This document shows, piece by piece, positions 63,675 through 64,000 of a stretch of DNA of 64,000 bases. Location of the stretch: contig NC_087436.1 of assembly GCF_036321535.1 (NCBI RefSeq), forward strand, positions 87,298,001 through 87,362,000, in the 5' to 3' direction. Below the pieces are notes generated by a model, which saw only the letters and a list, made by a program, of their open reading frames with translations, did no database searches and was not told the origin of the DNA. The DNA is from Camelus dromedarius. Taxonomy: Eukaryota. Positions within the stretch are counted from its first letter, which is position 1, and each line of letters opens with the position of its first letter. The position numbers and the translations under genes were made by a program.

Positions 63675-64000
63675 AGACATGCCTGCCCCCAGTATTTGCA
63701 GGGCTCAGGGCAAAGTACAAAGGGAGGTTTGTATACCTTATATCTAAATGTGTAGAAGGTATAAACTAACTTAACAAATTGTAAAGCAAAATGATATCCT
63801 CTGACCTTGACAGACATACCTTTATAAAGACCTAGAAGGGCAAGTTTGAATTTGGAATTCCTGGACTCCTCTGAGATCTGAGCTTGGACAGGGTAGCAAA
63901 GGAAGACCAGTTTCCAGCCACAGCCTTCAGCCTGTTCCTCTTTCCCTCCCTCCTACCCCCAGTCCTGCCTCCCACATCCTTGCCTTTCTGTCTAGCTCCA
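63675..64000 (+). mobile_element. MER115-like hAT-Tip100 element, running off the window
   Basis: CAGGGCAAAGTACAAAGGGAGG...TCTAAAT...ACCTTGACAGACATACCTTTATAAAGACCTAGAAGG...TTTGAATTTGGAATTC. Confidence 0.75.

Overview
This is mammalian genomic DNA, almost certainly camelid (camel, alpaca or llama), judged from five copies of a tRNA-Ala-derived SINE resembling the Vic-1 family and from artiodactyl-type L1 3' tails. The first ~1.07 kb looks like the end of a + strand 3' UTR (tandem AATAAA, miR-17-family 8mer); I cannot name the gene. The remaining ~63 kb is apparently intergenic and dense in fossil transposons: L1, L2, MIR, MaLR (MLT1), MLT2, MER21, MER67, a MER41-like LTR, lineage-specific ERV1 solo LTRs and hAT DNA transposons (Charlie1, Zaphod-like, MER3, MER33, MER115). 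I found no credible protein-coding exon; the listed ORFs are chance ORFs or transposon remnants. I see no evidence of a novel multi-gene system. The best observations are an L1 3' transduction inside a perfect 17-bp TSD, two same-orientation CTCF motifs (one with the upstream module), a MER41-like LTR with an altered STAT site, a 42-bp locally templated insertion and several nested insertions. Repeat family names come from recalled consensus sequences, not a database search, and boundaries of old repeats are approximate.
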